The notes under the pieces were generated by a model. The model was not told the origin of the DNA. It saw nothing but the letters and a program-made list of their open reading frames with translations, and did not search any database. Source: Eledone cirrhosa (lineage: Eukaryota). From it: DNA of 64,000 nt. The position numbers were made by a program, and so were the translations under genes. Below are positions 1 to 17,380 of the stretch, piece by piece; position 1 is the first letter of the stretch; the number at the start of each line of letters is the position of its first letter. The stretch lies in the NCBI GenBank assembly GCA_964016885.1, contig OZ024756.1, positions 33,170,001-33,234,000 of the forward strand. The letters are read 5' to 3'.

Positions 1-209
1 GAGACAACAAGGTCCGCCATGTTCAAGAAAGAACATACATACTCACACATGCATCTTTAGTGTTTAGACTTGTGATGTACTTATATTGACAGAATCTTCC
101 TTCGTATATAGGGAGTTCCCATTAGTACTATCTTTTGTATTTCTCCTATACGCGGGTTTCCTGGGATTTACGATAAGTAATCAATAGAACCCTTAGGTAT
201 CATTCCCCG

Positions 210-266
<57 letters not shown>

Positions 267-283
267 GTTGTTGTTGTTGTTAA

Positions 284-473
284 GGGGGGTGGATTGGCAG
301 TATCGGTAGAGAGTTGCACGCTATGCTTTGTAGCATAGAGTTACGCCCCTTTATGATTTGAGTTCAAATCCCGCCGAGGTTAACTCTGCCTTTCATCATT
401 ACGGGGTCGATAAAATAAAGTACCAGTAATGCACTGAGTAATTGCTGGCCTTGTGCCAAAAGTAGAAACAATT
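284..473 (+). mobile_element. tRNA-derived SINE (family S1), full length
   Basis: A-box-like TGGCAGTATCGGTAG, B-box GAGTTCAAATCC, conserved core GCCTTTCATC..GGGGTCGATAAAATAAAGTACCAG, 3' end GCCAAAAGTAGAAACAATT; about 20 related copies in the window. Confidence 0.9.
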
Positions 474-1097
474 ACTATCATTATCTTTATACACACCAAG
501 GTGGGTACCTTGCGGTATTACGATAAGTTGTCAGAAGGAGTGTCGATATTATGAAAAAGAAGTGATAAGGTATCACGTAAACATCCTCATTTCAATAAAT
601 CCTCCTGTTGCACACATTTCAAAGACATCAAAATGGTTGCGTAATTTCAAGCTAGTGTGGTGTCGTCAGACAGGTATTCATGTATATATATATATATATA
701 TATGTGTGTGTGGGGTGGGGGCGGCGTGCGTATATATGTATGCGTGTATGTGTGTTTGTCTCTGTATGCGTCTGCATCAACGTATCTTACGCGATGTGTA
801 GAGTCTTACTAACAACTTTACATAAATCGACGCGCTATCAACTAGATTATTTGCATTTTTGTCACGTTATAATATACTTAAATTCCTTAACAAAAGGTTA
901 GTTATGTCTCCTCTGTTTTGTGCCGCAGTAGTTTTTATTTGTATGTCCTTAGAGTATTGTCACCTTAGACTAGACATTTGAATAATTCAATAATTTTTTT
1001 TTATCTTTTAATGAACTTGAAGAGACTTTAGCGTTATTTAAAAAAAATTATTGATTTTATCTCTCCTTTTTAGTTCTTGCAAGGAATATGACATTCG

Positions 1098-1199
<102 letters not shown>

Positions 1200-1318
1200 A
1201 TATATATCGAATGATGTATTCCTAGCGTAAATAAAAGAGGAAAAGCAAAATCAATACAAATTAATATTTTCTTGTCTATCCGGGTTTCATAAATATATCT
1301 ACACACATCTACACACAA

Positions 1319-1423
<105 letters not shown>

Positions 1424-1468
1424 TGAAACCCAGATAGACAAGAAAATATTAATTTGTATTATTATATA

Positions 1469-1515
<47 letters not shown>

Positions 1516-1516
1516 G

Positions 1517-1706
1517 ATAACGAAGGAATTGTGGTAAGTAACCAGGTGGACCATAACGCACCACCATACTCGATACTGGGTAGTAGAGTGGGTAATAAGA
1601 AAAGAGTCAGGACCCCGATGACTGAGCTCCGACCGTTTCGACAACTAGGTCTGAACTAGCTGTCGAAAAGGCCAGAGTCAGACGTCGGGGTCTTCACGCT
1701 TTTCCT

Positions 1707-1709
<3 letters not shown>
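1517..1709 (-). mobile_element. Hairpin-containing TA-embedded repeat family B (putative PLE terminal remnant)
   Basis: Homologous to 10853-10975, 14215-14410 and 42225-42314; palindrome at 1594-1709; flanked by (TA)n. Confidence 0.75.
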
Positions 1710-1751
<42 letters not shown>

Positions 1752-2131
1752 GGAAAAGCGTCAAAAACTTTCATTTATATGTATATATATATATATATAT
1801 TACTTGTGTAAATCTCCTCTCAGTTCAAGAAAGATATCTAGCTCAAAAGCGAATTTATTTCTTGCTGCTCTGGTCCAACGAAACCTATGCCAATACGACT
1901 GTTAGTTCAACATCTTTCCCACTAAGCCACGTGCTTATTATTATATATTCTCCTTATCCTATTCTCTCATTTGTATTTCTGGTTTCATTCTCTTCGATAT
2001 TTAATTCGATTTATTTTATCATCAAGTTCAAACCTGTTCAGCAAGCAACAGACAATATCTTGTTTAACATTCACACTTACACACACACATATATACATAC
2101 ATATACACATACATATATATATATATGTATT

Positions 2132-2168
<37 letters not shown>

Positions 2169-2179
2169 ATGTATGTATG

Positions 2180-2229
<50 letters not shown>

Positions 2230-2401
2230 CGCATTTGTATAAATATATATATATATGTATTTATGTATATATATACATATATGTGCGTGTGTATGTATGT
2301 CTGCATCTATGTATGTATTTATATATATATATATATATAAATACATACATAGATGCAGACATACATACACACACACATATATATATATATGTGTATGTAT
2401 G

Positions 2402-2500
<99 letters not shown>

Positions 2501-2589
2501 GTATTTGTATAAATATATATATATGTATTTATGTATATATATATACATATATGTGTGTGTGCGTGTATGTATGTCTGCATCTATGTATG

Positions 2590-2656
<67 letters not shown>

Positions 2657-2671
2657 CTTAAATACGGTTGT

Positions 2672-2956
2672 TTAAAATTCAGGAGAGCTTTCCATAATTT
2701 CACGATTCACTAGGCATATACTGTGTTTCAAAATTGTGAGTGAAATAAAATATTTCACTCGTGCATTGTCAACACATACATTATCTTCATCATCACTATC
2801 GATATGAAAATCAATGTCAAAATGATCATCAGCTGCACCACCGTCGACATCATCGCTATCACCCTTATTGGCATCATCATCATCATCACTGTGATCATGG
2901 TCATGACCATCGTTATTATTAGAAAATAAATAATCTTTTTCATTGCTGATCAATGG
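2672..2956 (-). CDS. Candidate terminal coding exon ([27 protein letters not shown]...SSPEF*) of an unknown minus-strand gene
   Basis: Acceptor TTTAACCTTTCAG| directly before the open frame; phase 0 fits the upstream 66-nt exon; the acidic part overlaps degenerate GAT repeats. Confidence 0.4.
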   Translation of the reverse strand, partial: PLISNEKDYLFSNNNDGHDHDHSDDDDDANKGDSDDVDGGAADDHFDIDFHIDSDDEDNVCVDNARVKYFISLTILKHSICLVNREIMESSPEF

Positions 2957-4127
2957 CTGAAAGGTTAAATGTCAAATAATTTCTAAGAATGATTTCGTTA
3001 TATTCTCTATCCTGTGAATTTAGGTAGAGTTTGTTATTTCCATTAAAGGTGAATGCAAAAGCTCAGGCAAATGAACAATGTATACGATCACACGCTCACG
3101 AAGCATTCACACAATTGACAGATATACATTTATAAATATAAATGAACGAGTTACTTCACGGTCAGTAGATCTTCAAGAAATAGCAGTCAAATTTTATTTA
3201 TTTTCTATACATAAATAGTAGCTTTGAATATAATATTGCTCTCACTAGCCAATAAAGAATTTCCTTTGCTGTCGCTATTCCTACAATACATAGCAGTTTT
3301 ATAATTCCTCGCATCCTATATTTTCTTTTCATTTGGGATACATTACATTCTTGGGTTCATAAAATAGAAATAATAGCACATTATGATTTTACCATTATGG
3401 CATTCAAATGTAGCTTTTCAAATAAACATTGATTTAACAAGAAAAAATTGTTACTTGTATAATGTTGCTCAAACTGAAACTGGAAGAAAATGAACTTCAT
3501 ATCTCACATCTGAAGCGGTTTAACTGGCTCTGTACCTTTCATGATAGGAACCATAGTCATGTGTAAAGCGTGTAAATTGCTGCATTTTCCTTAAGAACAA
3601 GCCGTACCAACAGCTCCAGGATTAGAACGTGAACACCATTTGACCGTGAATCCAACACAATACCTTCTAAAACGACTACTTTTACTCATTTATTCATATC
3701 AGATTCATTCTTTCCAAACCCTTGCCTGCTGTCATACACATAGAGACATGTAATGGATAATGCAGTTTTGGTTAAAATATATGAGGAAGAAGCAAAAATA
3801 ATGCAAAGATTGGTAGAAGGGGTATTAAATGATAATCGCTTTGTTTGATAAAGTTTGACCTGCGATTAATGAACAAACGTTGTTTGTTTAACTTCCATAA
3901 CTGACCGAAAACATCATAAGCCAGCGAATGGTTTTAAATTGCATTTGTTCTTTACTGATAGATGGACAGTGATGTTTACAGTTTTAGTGTTTCTTCTATA
4001 AATAAAGGGAATATAAAAACATTCTAGACGTCCTTATCTCCGACATACTATGCATACAATTATATATATATACATATATGTATATAAAAAAATATATATA
4101 TGTATATCTATATATATATGTATGTAC

Positions 4128-4180
<53 letters not shown>

Positions 4181-4189
4181 CATATATAT

Positions 4190-4293
<104 letters not shown>

Positions 4294-4543
4294 CACATAT
4301 ATATGTATATATATGTATATATATATATGCATGTGTATATATATATATATATAGATATATATATATATATATATATATAATGCAGGAAGTATTGGAGTAA
4401 TACAACTTTACGTCATACTGTGTAGTCTAGACTGATAAAGGGAGGATAAATGATGTTGTGATATCAGTATGATTGTAAGATATATTCTTCACACTGACAC
4501 ACAAACACACACACACACACACATATATATGTATATATATATG

Positions 4544-4636
<93 letters not shown>

Positions 4637-5032
4637 TGTAATGGGAAAAAATCTTTGAGACAACGTAATATGTAATCATTCGCTCGATGAGAGATATTTC
4701 TATAAAATGAAAAAAATAGATTGAAATGCAAATGTAATACATATATAATTACACAAGCTGTTATTAATATGTGTTTGTATATCTATCGTTCTGTCTGTTT
4801 ATCCATCTATCTCCCCCACACACACACACACACTCTCTCTCTCTCGTCTCACTATTTATCTATCTATCTATCTAACAATATATCTCTATATATGTGTGTG
4901 TGTGTGCGTGTTCGTCTGAAGTCTGAGTACATATGTATGAAGTCATACATGTATATATATATATATGACTTCATAGATAGACACTCAGACGCAAATAAAT
5001 ATATATATATATACATACATATATATATATAT

Positions 5033-5161
<129 letters not shown>

Positions 5162-5191
5162 CTTCATGCATAGACACTCAGAGACAAACAA

Positions 5192-5243
<52 letters not shown>

Positions 5244-5660
5244 TTGATCTATGTATATATGTATAAATGTGTGTGTGTGTGTGTCAGTTTCGTGCGTATA
5301 TTGTCTCGCTAGAAAGAAAAATAAATGAATAAAAAACATATTGTCACGACGCAGATAAAATCCATCTCAAGGAATGAAGTATGAGTTTATGTAAATGGTA
5401 ACTAGTGTGAGCAGACAGCACTATAAATGGTGCTATCACTAACGTATAACTTTCCATAAAATTGTAAATGACATTCACACATAGATTAGAAAGTAGATTG
5501 TGAAAGAAATATTGAAAGTAATTATATATTTATACAATATCTCCTCCAAAGAATACCGAATTGTTGGCATACTAGTTACCTCCATCTCTCAGTGGGGGCC
5601 AAACAAAATGAGAACTTCTCGTATCTAATTCAGCGAGAAACTAACCAATCTATCTGTCAT

Positions 5661-7108
<1,448 letters not shown>

Positions 7109-8500
7109 TAGGGTGGAAAATGGTATGTACACAGAAATTGTTGCAAGCTCTCCTGATAAACTGTGCTTGCAGTTAAATGAGACATTCCAGACACAGACAG
7201 TTTTACGCTGAATCTCCCTGAGTATTAAGTTAAGTGTATATGTGTCTGTGGAGGGTTAAGCAACTGAAGACTTAATTTCCTAAGCTTTTCCGTTGGTTGA
7301 ACGAATGGAACTCACATCAACGTCTTCTGCAATCAACATATATCATCTATCTATATGTTTGATACATAAAATACGCTATGATATATATCTGTGTGTGGTT
7401 GACGACTGAGCGAAAGGAGTGTTCAAGACATTGTGGTAAACAGTCAAAACTCCAGAATTACAAGACTCACTATTTAGCCTTAATATAATGTATATATATA
7501 CATATACATGTATAGACACATCTTTGCGTAAATATGTTAAATATGTATGAGTGTGAGTGTGTGTATGTATGTGTGTGCGGTTTTGTGTTTGTGTGCGTGT
7601 GTGTGTGTCTGAATGATGTTGTATGCGTTTCAGCAATTAAATTATATAATGCAGGTTGCTATGACTATTAGTTTCATGGTGTGCGTCAAAGGGGGCGATT
7701 TTCCCCCCAATTCTCTTCTCAAACGATTCTTTCGTTCGCCGACATTCTTATCTGGTATAAATATTGGGCCATTAACTGCATATTATGTATATACAGTTGA
7801 CACCATCACATACGTTAATTTTTTTGTCTTGAAAACACTAGTTTTCTTTCAAATCATACATAGAATATATACGTCGCTGTACATTATTGCTTTTTCGATA
7901 ACTAACATGCTGTATGGCTATGGCAAGTTGTTTGTTATCTAAACCCATGCCCGCCTCATTCCACGCTCCATGAAATGGGCTTTAGTGCATATGTTAATCT
8001 GGCAATAATGTGATAGGAATAGAAACTATTTAACGTATTTCTTCTGTGAAGTAACATGCTTGACGTTTATCATATGGTTTCTTTTTCGTTTATGATTCGT
8101 TGTTAGCGAAGTTTTTGGGGTCAAGAATTTTTTGTTTCCATTTTTTTCTTCCTCTTCTACGCTGTCTATGAAGTTTTCTCGGAATTCAATTTACTTTATG
8201 ATTGGCAAAATACTGAGGGTCTTATGTTGTTATTGGAAAGATTTCCCCTTCCGTATCGTTACCCTTTTGTGTAAAATAAAGAGTAGAAACCAGTTATCAT
8301 TTTTTTTCTTCTATTAAGTTAGACATAAGAGTGATTCTATTTTTGTTGAATGCTGAGCAACATGTTTGTTTTTATGATTATTCTTATAATATATATATTT
8401 CCTTGTTTTTGGCTAGCATATATTTTGCTAACAATGTTGTTAACTGCAATCTTTTTCCCTTACTTATAACATGTTTCTAAAGTGATTTTTGTATCAACAT

Positions 8501-8549
<49 letters not shown>

Positions 8550-9981
8550 CATATGCCCATCATACACATATGTGCACATGTGTGTGTGTGTGAGTGAGTA
8601 TTATGTGTGTTTGTGTGTGAGAGTGTGTGTGTAATGGTGAAGCTGTTTCAGAAATACCATAGGAGCAGAGAAAATCTATTATCATTTATTGCCGCGGAAA
8701 TCTTGCTATTTTCTTTTCTTTAGGCCAGATTTTACGGGGATTAACTTCGTGTTTTAGCCCTCTGAGAGCGGTAAAGCATTACCAGTCATAAAGAGGTGTT
8801 GTGTAAATCGAACAGATCCTTTTTCTACCCCATATGTTGTTGTTATAAAGCGTTATTCGTTTAAGAGCCATTTACTTATTTCTTACATCACATAGAACAA
8901 ACGAATTTGTTTGGTTATATTCTTTCAGTTTATTTAAGCTTTAGATATATCAAGACAGTCGAATGGTAAAGTGGTTTGATTTTCAATAAGGGCTCCATCA
9001 ATCTGCCTGACAACGTGTGAGAGTGACATTTATCATATCCTTGTTTGAACGAAAGCCTTGTGACGGAAAACGGTGTAGGGTGGATTTTCACTGTAACATA
9101 CAGGGACATCGTTGTTACACCAATACCCGCTCAATCTCTGAGAATTACGATAACGCTCCATACATCTATGGAACGTTTACCCACTTGCATTCTAATTTCA
9201 TAAGTAGGTTGTTTTATTGATTAAATAATTCGTGCACTCAGCGTCGTAACTGACTGAGGTCTAACGTTACGGTCGATACAACTATTTCTGCCTTTCCATG
9301 AGAAGTTGCAATTTCTTGAAGTTCTTTAACCAATCTGAAGAAATCGATCTTTTTATAGCATTCAACTGTAGGGAGGGGTTTATGAAAAATTGTACAGAAC
9401 CTCAAGTAATCAATGTAATTCCGTTGAAATATTAAAAGAAAAACCTAACACATCCGTAGAGTTTTTCTGTTTTATCTTTTTTATTTAATCTTACTACCTT
9501 TGTAATTCACAATATTTTGTCTCGAGAGAAACGGCTTCTGATGATAGAGATAAAGATTGTTCATATTTAACGAAGAAACATTTCGTATGTAAAAACAGAT
9601 TTCTTCCTTTTTATTTCGCAGCCAAATTACGAATCAGTAAATGTAGAAATATAAAATAAAATAAAATAAAATTCAAATTAAAGAACAGAGTATGAATGTA
9701 TTCGAGAATTTAAAGAATATAGGAATAAAAGTTTGAAAGATGCACGAAAGAACTAATACCATTATTTGAATACTTTCCCTTTTTTTCGCTCTCTCTCTCA
9801 TTATTAACTCTTTCCAATAGCGATAAAGATGATAAAAATAAAATTGCATACAACGTACAAAAAAAATAAAATAAAAATATTTACTGATAAGCTGAACGAA
9901 ATGATAAATAGTTTCCATAGAGGAGAACTGGATAATTTTATAAGATAATTATAAAGCATTCTGCTAGGTCGATATTCTTAC

Positions 9982-10047
9982 CTGTATCTGAAGAGGTTCC
10001 GCTTCTTTGAGTTTTATTCTCCATATTTTGTAGTAGATTTGTCGTGC
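9982..10047 (-). CDS. Candidate 66-nt exon (ARQIYYKIWRIKLKEAEPLQIQ in phase 0)
   Basis: Branch-like GCTAAT, acceptor ATTCCCTTCAG|, donor CAG|GTAAGA, length divisible by 3. Confidence 0.65.
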
Positions 10048-10159
10048 CTGAAGGGAATATTAGCAATACAAATCTTTATCACCGAGTCACAAATATAAAA
10101 ACTGTTCAAGAACAAAAACACAAAAGAAATAAATAAAGAGAGAGAGAGAGAGGGGGGGG

Positions 10160-10245
<86 letters not shown>

Positions 10246-10852
10246 TGTGTGAGAGAGAGAAGGCGAAACAAAATAAAGAAAGATATAAAATGACGTATCG
10301 TTTTCAGTTAATATTAATTTCCTTTTTTCGTGACTGATGTTTCAGAAAGGGGAGGTAAGCTTCTAACTAATCCATTCCGTGTTCCGATTTCTTTATCTGG
10401 TGAAAGCAAATTCAATGTATTTCTACTTTGTCGAATAAAAAAAATGAATGTCAGCTCATATAATTTTCAATCAGTTCAAATATAGGGCATTTATGCCATG
10501 CGAAAATGAAAACATATCGTTGAGCAAAGTAGTACATACGTTAGTATCATAAACTGGAGCATATTTCGCTTCAAATCCTGCCAGACACATTTTCGGTTTA
10601 TCTCGCCTCTCTCCATCCATGGACACTTATGTCTTAATGGTGTGGTATGAACGTTGTCCTGATAAATGCGGTCATCGACCTCTAAACCTCGCTGAAAAAC
10701 AGCTGATTTCTCCCAGAACAGGAGGCAGGAGAGTGAAAGAGAGAGTGAAAATAAGAAAGGGATCTAGAGGAAGAGTTGACGCCTGCAGGAATTGATCTTA
10801 GTGTGGAGAGAGCCGAATTTATACTGCAATGTGTTTATATATATATATATAT

Positions 10853-11097
<245 letters not shown>

Positions 11098-12555
11098 ATA
11101 CAATTCATGATGAAGTCTGATCGAGAAAATACTTACTGGATACTAGATGATATAGTAAATATCTTTAATATCTTCTAATACATATAATGATTACATATTC
11201 TTTCTTTTTCCTGTGTATATATATATATATGAGTGAGTGTGTATATGAGTGAGTGTGTGTATGAGTGAGACTATTTGTGAGTGTACATGAGAATTTATCA
11301 GTCGCATAGTTTAACATCCCCTCATGGCTCTTGGATCAATTGAGGAGTTTTCATGTCTATGAGAGGGTTCGATCCTTTGAATCTATTATATATACCTTAC
11401 ACATTGTTTAGTACCTCTTCCGGAGTCCCTGAAAGTTTTTAATATGCCATGCGTGCAAACAGTATTAAAACCATGAAGAATTATTTGTTAGGTACGAATT
11501 TCGATGTATATAATATATATTTCTCCTTGATGTATACATTGAACTAGACTGAATTTGAACTCCATGCCTCAGTAGAGAGGTGAATAATTATAGGTCTTAT
11601 AAAGGCAAAATTAACCTCGGTGAGATTTAAACTAGAAATGAGATGTTTTAAGCTAACAATTACGAAGAAGTTAGTCCACACACACAACTGAAAATATCTA
11701 TATTATCCAATCCAGTGTGATTCATTGCACCCAGCTGTGAGTCATTTGATGCCAATCGGATATCATATCGGTTGGAAATGCACGGAAGACAAAGCAATAT
11801 AGAAAACAAATATTTGCTCTCGTATCATGAGGTTAGGAATATGAACAATTATAATCCTATTAACACCAACTCATCTCAGAGAATGATATTACACAAGATC
11901 ATGATCTGAGATCAGACGAATCGTAAAGTAGTGTAGATGTACATAACGAAAACAGCTTATTTCTCTAAGGATTAGTGTAATAATCTGAAAAATATTAATC
12001 TTATATAAACGTCAACCCATATCAGACTATAGAAGAAGAACACGTGATGTCAGTCAGAGATCAATCGTTGGAAACTTAGCGGAGATGTATAAATACTGAA
12101 TAGACTTATGTCTGACCAATATAATCCCCATGCAATATCCGATTAACTATATAACTTCGACAACTACGTTATTCAAATTACAACAGCATGTAATATGAAA
12201 AATCGCCGACAATGTCTTAAAGAAGGTGTACAAACATAATATTAAAAACAATATTTTTCTCAAACAAATAAAATGTATTCAATTTTAAATCTATTTTCTG
12301 TTACTCTATGTTATATCTTATAAGAGAAAAGTACCTAGAATAAATATTTCAAGTGATTATACGTCTGAAAGATTTGTGTATAATTCTGTTATGCAGATTA
12401 TCCAGGTATGTTTTATGAGAAGCACAACATGAAGTAAATCAGAATCGCAAAGAAGGTACTGCTTCAAAACTGTGTCTACTATATGCTTATTGCATCTAAC
12501 AAATGTAAGTTCATCTCATCTCCTAGCGCTATCGTTAGCTTAAACATCTCATTCC

Positions 12556-12636
12556 TAGTTTAAAATCTCCCCAAGGTTAACTTTGCCTTTTCATCCTTAC
12601 GGTGTCAATAAAATAAAGCACCAGTAACGCACTGGG

Positions 12637-12638
<2 letters not shown>
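12556..12638 (+). mobile_element. SINE S1 partial copy
   Basis: Core segment AGGTTAACTTTGCCTTTTCATCCTTAC...CACCAGTAACGCACTGGG. Confidence 0.8.
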
Positions 12639-12718
<80 letters not shown>

Positions 12719-13041
12719 TAATATATGATAAACATTTACATGTTTTAGTTGTAATTGACTAATAAAATGGTTAGAATGAAATATCTTAATTCAAATACAT
12801 ATAGTTTGCCTGTACGATCTAAAAAATAGTAAATCAAAAGGCCTTGGTACCTATTATTAATTTATACTGCTCAGAAGCGATTCTTAGAGCTGAAATAATT
12901 GTAAATGACCCCATTGAGTGTAAACTCTAAGTTATATTATATATATATATATTATATATATATATATACATATACATGGCCTTTCCTCTCCCTTCAAATT
13001 TGTTGGACCTATGCCTAAATCAGAAATCATCATTATTTTAT

Positions 13042-13230
13042 CGGTGTATTGGCAGTATCGGTAGAGCGTCAGACGCCATGCTGTGCAGCATAGGAGTTAC
13101 GTCCATTTACCTTCTGACTTCAAATCCCGCTGAGGTTAACTTTGCCTTTCATCCTTACGGGGTCGATAAAATAAAGTACCAGTAATGCACTAGGGTAATT
13201 ACTGGCCTTGTGCCAAAAGTAGAAGCAAAT
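13042..13230 (+). mobile_element. SINE S1 full length
   Basis: Matches 284-473 end to end. Confidence 0.9.
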
Positions 13231-13399
13231 ATTATTTTAATTGGTATCATTATTAACCCTTCATTTGCTCAGTGATAATCTAAATTATATGGGCTCATTT
13301 GATTTATTCCTATCAAGATAAGTTACCTCAGATAAAAAGCATGATCTGCAGGGAATATTCGGTTCCGTATATTATTTGAAGTATTTAGCTATTCCTTAT

Positions 13400-13552
13400 T
13401 TCTTTCTGAGTTAAAGTCCTGCCAAGGTCGGCTATGCATTTCATCCTTGCTGGGTTGACAGACTATGTAACGGGAAAGAGCTAGGGTCAATTTGATCGAC
13501 TTCTTTTCTCCCTTGAAATTGCTGATCTTATACCGAATCTAGAAATAATCCT
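13400..13552 (+). mobile_element. Old diverged SINE S1-related copy (long variant)
   Basis: CTGAGTTAAAGTCCTGCCAAGGTCGGC..TTCATCC..GGGTCAATTTGATCGAC..TTGAAATTGCTG. Confidence 0.6.
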
Positions 13553-14214
13553 TATTGTTGCAGTCCTTTTCGTTGTTATTGTTGTTGATTTTGCTGTTGG
13601 AACAATAAATACTCCTATTTCTAAGAAATCGAACACAATACATTCTATTTTAGATATGAAGAAAAACAACAAAGAATAAAAACACGTCTTATCCCTTGAG
13701 TGTAAATCTATGAGACATTTAATAGAAAGCCATAGACGTTTACCAATATATTCGATATCGAACGGATCTGAAATGTCACTCCAACGTGTCAATGAATATC
13801 TTGCGAGTAATTACATCAGAAAAACCCATTTTTAGACGAATCTGGCAATAGACAAGACATAATCACAATGCACTAACATATTGGTAGCATGGTAGCAATC
13901 AGTTACAAACACGTGCTTTCCGGTACGGACGCTGAATACTTTCATGCGTGAATACCTTTCCATACTGATACTGAACTAAACAATTGTAAATCGTTCAACA
14001 CGAGACTATTTCCCTTTGCAGTATAGATGTAAGAAATAACTCAATATACACGCTGTTAATTTCATGCATTCATACGCACTCCCTTCCTACTATCTCCCTC
14101 TCCGCCTCTCTCTCTCTCATACACACACACACACACACACATACATATATATATATACATATATATGTAATTATGTATATGTATACATATATTCATATAT
14201 ATATATATATATAT

Positions 14215-14410
14215 ATAGGAACAAGTAGGACCCCGACGGCTGAGCTCAAGCCGTTTCGACAGCTAATTCAGTCCAGAATTAGCCGGCGAAACGGCTTGAG
14301 CTCAGCCATCGGGGTCCTACTTGTTCCTATTACCCACTCTACTACCCTAAGTATTGAGTACTTTGTTGCGTTATGGTCCATCTGGTTCCTTACCACATTT
14401 CCTTCGTTAT
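14215..14410 (+). mobile_element. Repeat family B, best copy: 116-bp palindrome (14215-14330) plus 3' tail
   Basis: Near-perfect inverted repeat; the arms carry GAAACGGCTTGAGCTCAGCC(G/A)TC, the 3' half of an HHR; (TA)n flanks. Confidence 0.8.
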
Positions 14411-14424
14411 ATATATATATATAC

Positions 14425-14522
<98 letters not shown>

Positions 14523-14638
14523 GTATGTATATGTATAAGAACTTGTGCAGAAAAGCATATTGATATATAAATAAACATACATATCTGCAAGAAATTTGTA
14601 ATTTAAGAATTTAGCATAATGCCCTCACAAATACTCAC

Positions 14639-14758
<120 letters not shown>

Positions 14759-15069
14759 TATATATGCATGCCTATATAAATGTATTTGCATCAGCTAATA
14801 GATCCATACTCACACACTCTTTTATATACTCATATATTAATCACTTTTATGTAACAGAATATTTCTACACTAAATCAAGAATCTATCTGAGGTCAAAACC
14901 TTATTAGATACGCTGCGGATTGTCACGTATAGCACCTCGTGATTATAAGCAGAGAGTTCTTACAGAACAATACTAATTCAATAAACTCCTATATTGAATT
15001 AATTCATCTATATGCAATATTACGGTGTTACGTTAATTTTCCTCCAATATACACCTCGGAAATATACAC

Positions 15070-15122
15070 CTCGTCTAGAAATATATGGAATATTCTCTGA
15101 TCTATAATTCCTGAAGCTGTAT
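15070..15122 (-). CDS. Candidate 53-nt exon (xTASGIIDQRIFHIFLDE, phase 1 to 0)
   Basis: Acceptor CCTTATCTTCGGTGCAG|, donor GAG|GTGTAT; phases fit both neighbours. Confidence 0.45.
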
Positions 15123-15252
15123 CTGCACCGAAGATAAGGCAACACCAATAGATCACATTTACCAATATTTGTTAAGTTCATAGACCACAGTATATATTCT
15201 GTGATGATTGTAATTCTGCTTTGTATCGATCCCAGAAGTAATATATGTTATG

Positions 15253-15321
<69 letters not shown>

Positions 15322-15388
15322 GAGAGAGATAGAGAGTGATACGCAGTCACATACTAAGTGATATACGTATGTATGTATATATATGTAT

Positions 15389-15480
<92 letters not shown>

Positions 15481-15528
15481 TAGGGGGGTAGATAGATAGA
15501 TAGATATGTGTATAATATAGATACATGC

Positions 15529-15585
15529 ATAATATCTTCTGGATAATCCCACGGGATTTGGTCGATACTTCTCGTTCAAACATTT
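15529..15585 (-). CDS. Possible 57-nt exon ([19 protein letters not shown], phase 1 to 1)
   Basis: Acceptor GTCCATTTAG|; the donor would be a weak GC type (AT|GCATGT); the exon can be skipped without a frameshift. Confidence 0.3.
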
Positions 15586-15766
15586 CTAAATGGACATATG
15601 GGAAAGGCTTGATTCATTACCGATTATGATCATGGAATCTAGTCAGGTCAGGAAACCTAAAGTTGTGCTTTAGTTTTCGTGTCTACGATTTATTTTATAA
15701 TATATAATTAGCTTTATATATAAGCAGAGCTATTATATATAAAGCGGTTTATTTTTGCTGACTCAC

Positions 15767-15929
15767 CGATTACGAATAATATTTGTTTAGTGTATGTGCC
15801 TGTGATGTGCGGTATATTTATGTATTTCTTCTTAGAATATATTAATCTCTGACGTATGTCACCACCGGTAACCAAATTATTGAGCGGAATAATCAGAGGC
15901 TCTTGATATTTCTTGGACCAGTTAAATAC
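15767..15929 (-). CDS. Candidate 163-nt exon (VFNWSKKYQEPLIIPLNNLVTGGDIRQRLIYSKKKYINIPHITGTYTKQILFVI, phase 0 to 1)
   Basis: Open frame inside ORF 15714..15959, acceptor GATTGCAG|, strong donor CG|GTGAGT. Confidence 0.65.
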
Positions 15930-16268
15930 CTGCAATCTACTTAAAATGAGAAATGGCACATTTCATAGAGATATACGATGCCTGGTAGAATACGGTTTAC
16001 TCGAGGTCTATTCTTGGTGTTAACCTAGTTAACTAGGTTTTTTTCCTCGACGATAGAATGAGACATTTATCAGGATCCAATGAAATAACATTCATATGAT
16101 AGTTCGGACAACTTATGCCCTCATATAACACATTTTCTCTCCCCCAACTTCTCTCTCTCGCTCTCTCTCAGTTAATGAAATCTCTCTCTACAGCTCCCTC
16201 GCTCAATCGACCCCAGTTAATAAAATCTCTCTCTCAATCTCTATCTCTCTCTCTCTATCTCTATCTCG

Positions 16269-16328
<60 letters not shown>

Positions 16329-16999
16329 CCCTATCGTACGCGTCGTATGTATAGAACCACTTTATAACATAAAAAAAGCACCAACAGATTCTAAATATAT
16401 CACGGAGAAAGATTAAGAATTTATCTGAAGATTATATTCATCAAATTGTAATATGGCGTCATTTAACACCAAATTACTTCTCCCCGATGATTATTAATTG
16501 CTCCTAATTAAGCTAATGTGCCCAAAATAGTATTATTAATGAAATTTTCTGTTGTGTAATCTCTACGCATTTGATTATCATTCGTAATATATTTTGCTTT
16601 CATGAATGAATCATAAACCTCATACCAGAATCTTCTCTCAGGGGAAGACATGAATATATTTTGTTGAATATTAATTATTCCTTTTGTTATTTATTTTAAA
16701 ACCTAATATAGTTATTTGCCGGTTTCACATCTCTTCCGCAATCGTTTCTAAATTAGTCTCAAATGTTCACATTCTTCACATTAATCCCGCCTCTTTTTTT
16801 TCTCTCTCTCTCTCTCCAGCTCTCTTTCTCTCTCTTCAGCTCTCTCTCCAGCTCTTTCTCTAACAATATATTTATATTTATATCCCTACCTATCTAACTA
16901 TCTATTATTTTTACCTCAGTATATTTTTCTCAACACCCAGTAAAATATAATTCTATAACTTTTACTCAGTCCACATAAATGAATCATCAACTACCGCCC

Positions 17000-17144
<145 letters not shown>

Positions 17145-17181
17145 TACATACATATATATATATGTATACACTTATCTATAT

Positions 17182-17306
17182 ATTGTTTCCGAAGAAGACG
17201 GTCTGATCGAACTTATATATCAGGTCTGATAGTATACAGTTATATAACTGATATAGATCAGACAATATATCAATATGATCAACCCTCCGAAACGATCGTA
17301 AATAAT
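17182..17306 (+). ncRNA. Degenerate minimal type I hammerhead motif with a very long stem II (duplicated at 20839-20963)
   Basis: ATTGTT-T-CCGAAGA-[AGACGGTCTGATC...GATCAACCCTCC]-GAAAC-GATC-GTA-AATAAT; palindromic stem III ACGATCGT; core has U4>C. Confidence 0.55.
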
Positions 17307-17380
17307 GATATGAATAAATAACTTAACTTTGTTGTTTTTATTTTCATTATTAATTTAATACCTTATACACCGATATATCT

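Noticed and set aside
284-380. tRNA gene
   Set aside because: The A/B boxes belong to a SINE head; there is no full cloverleaf
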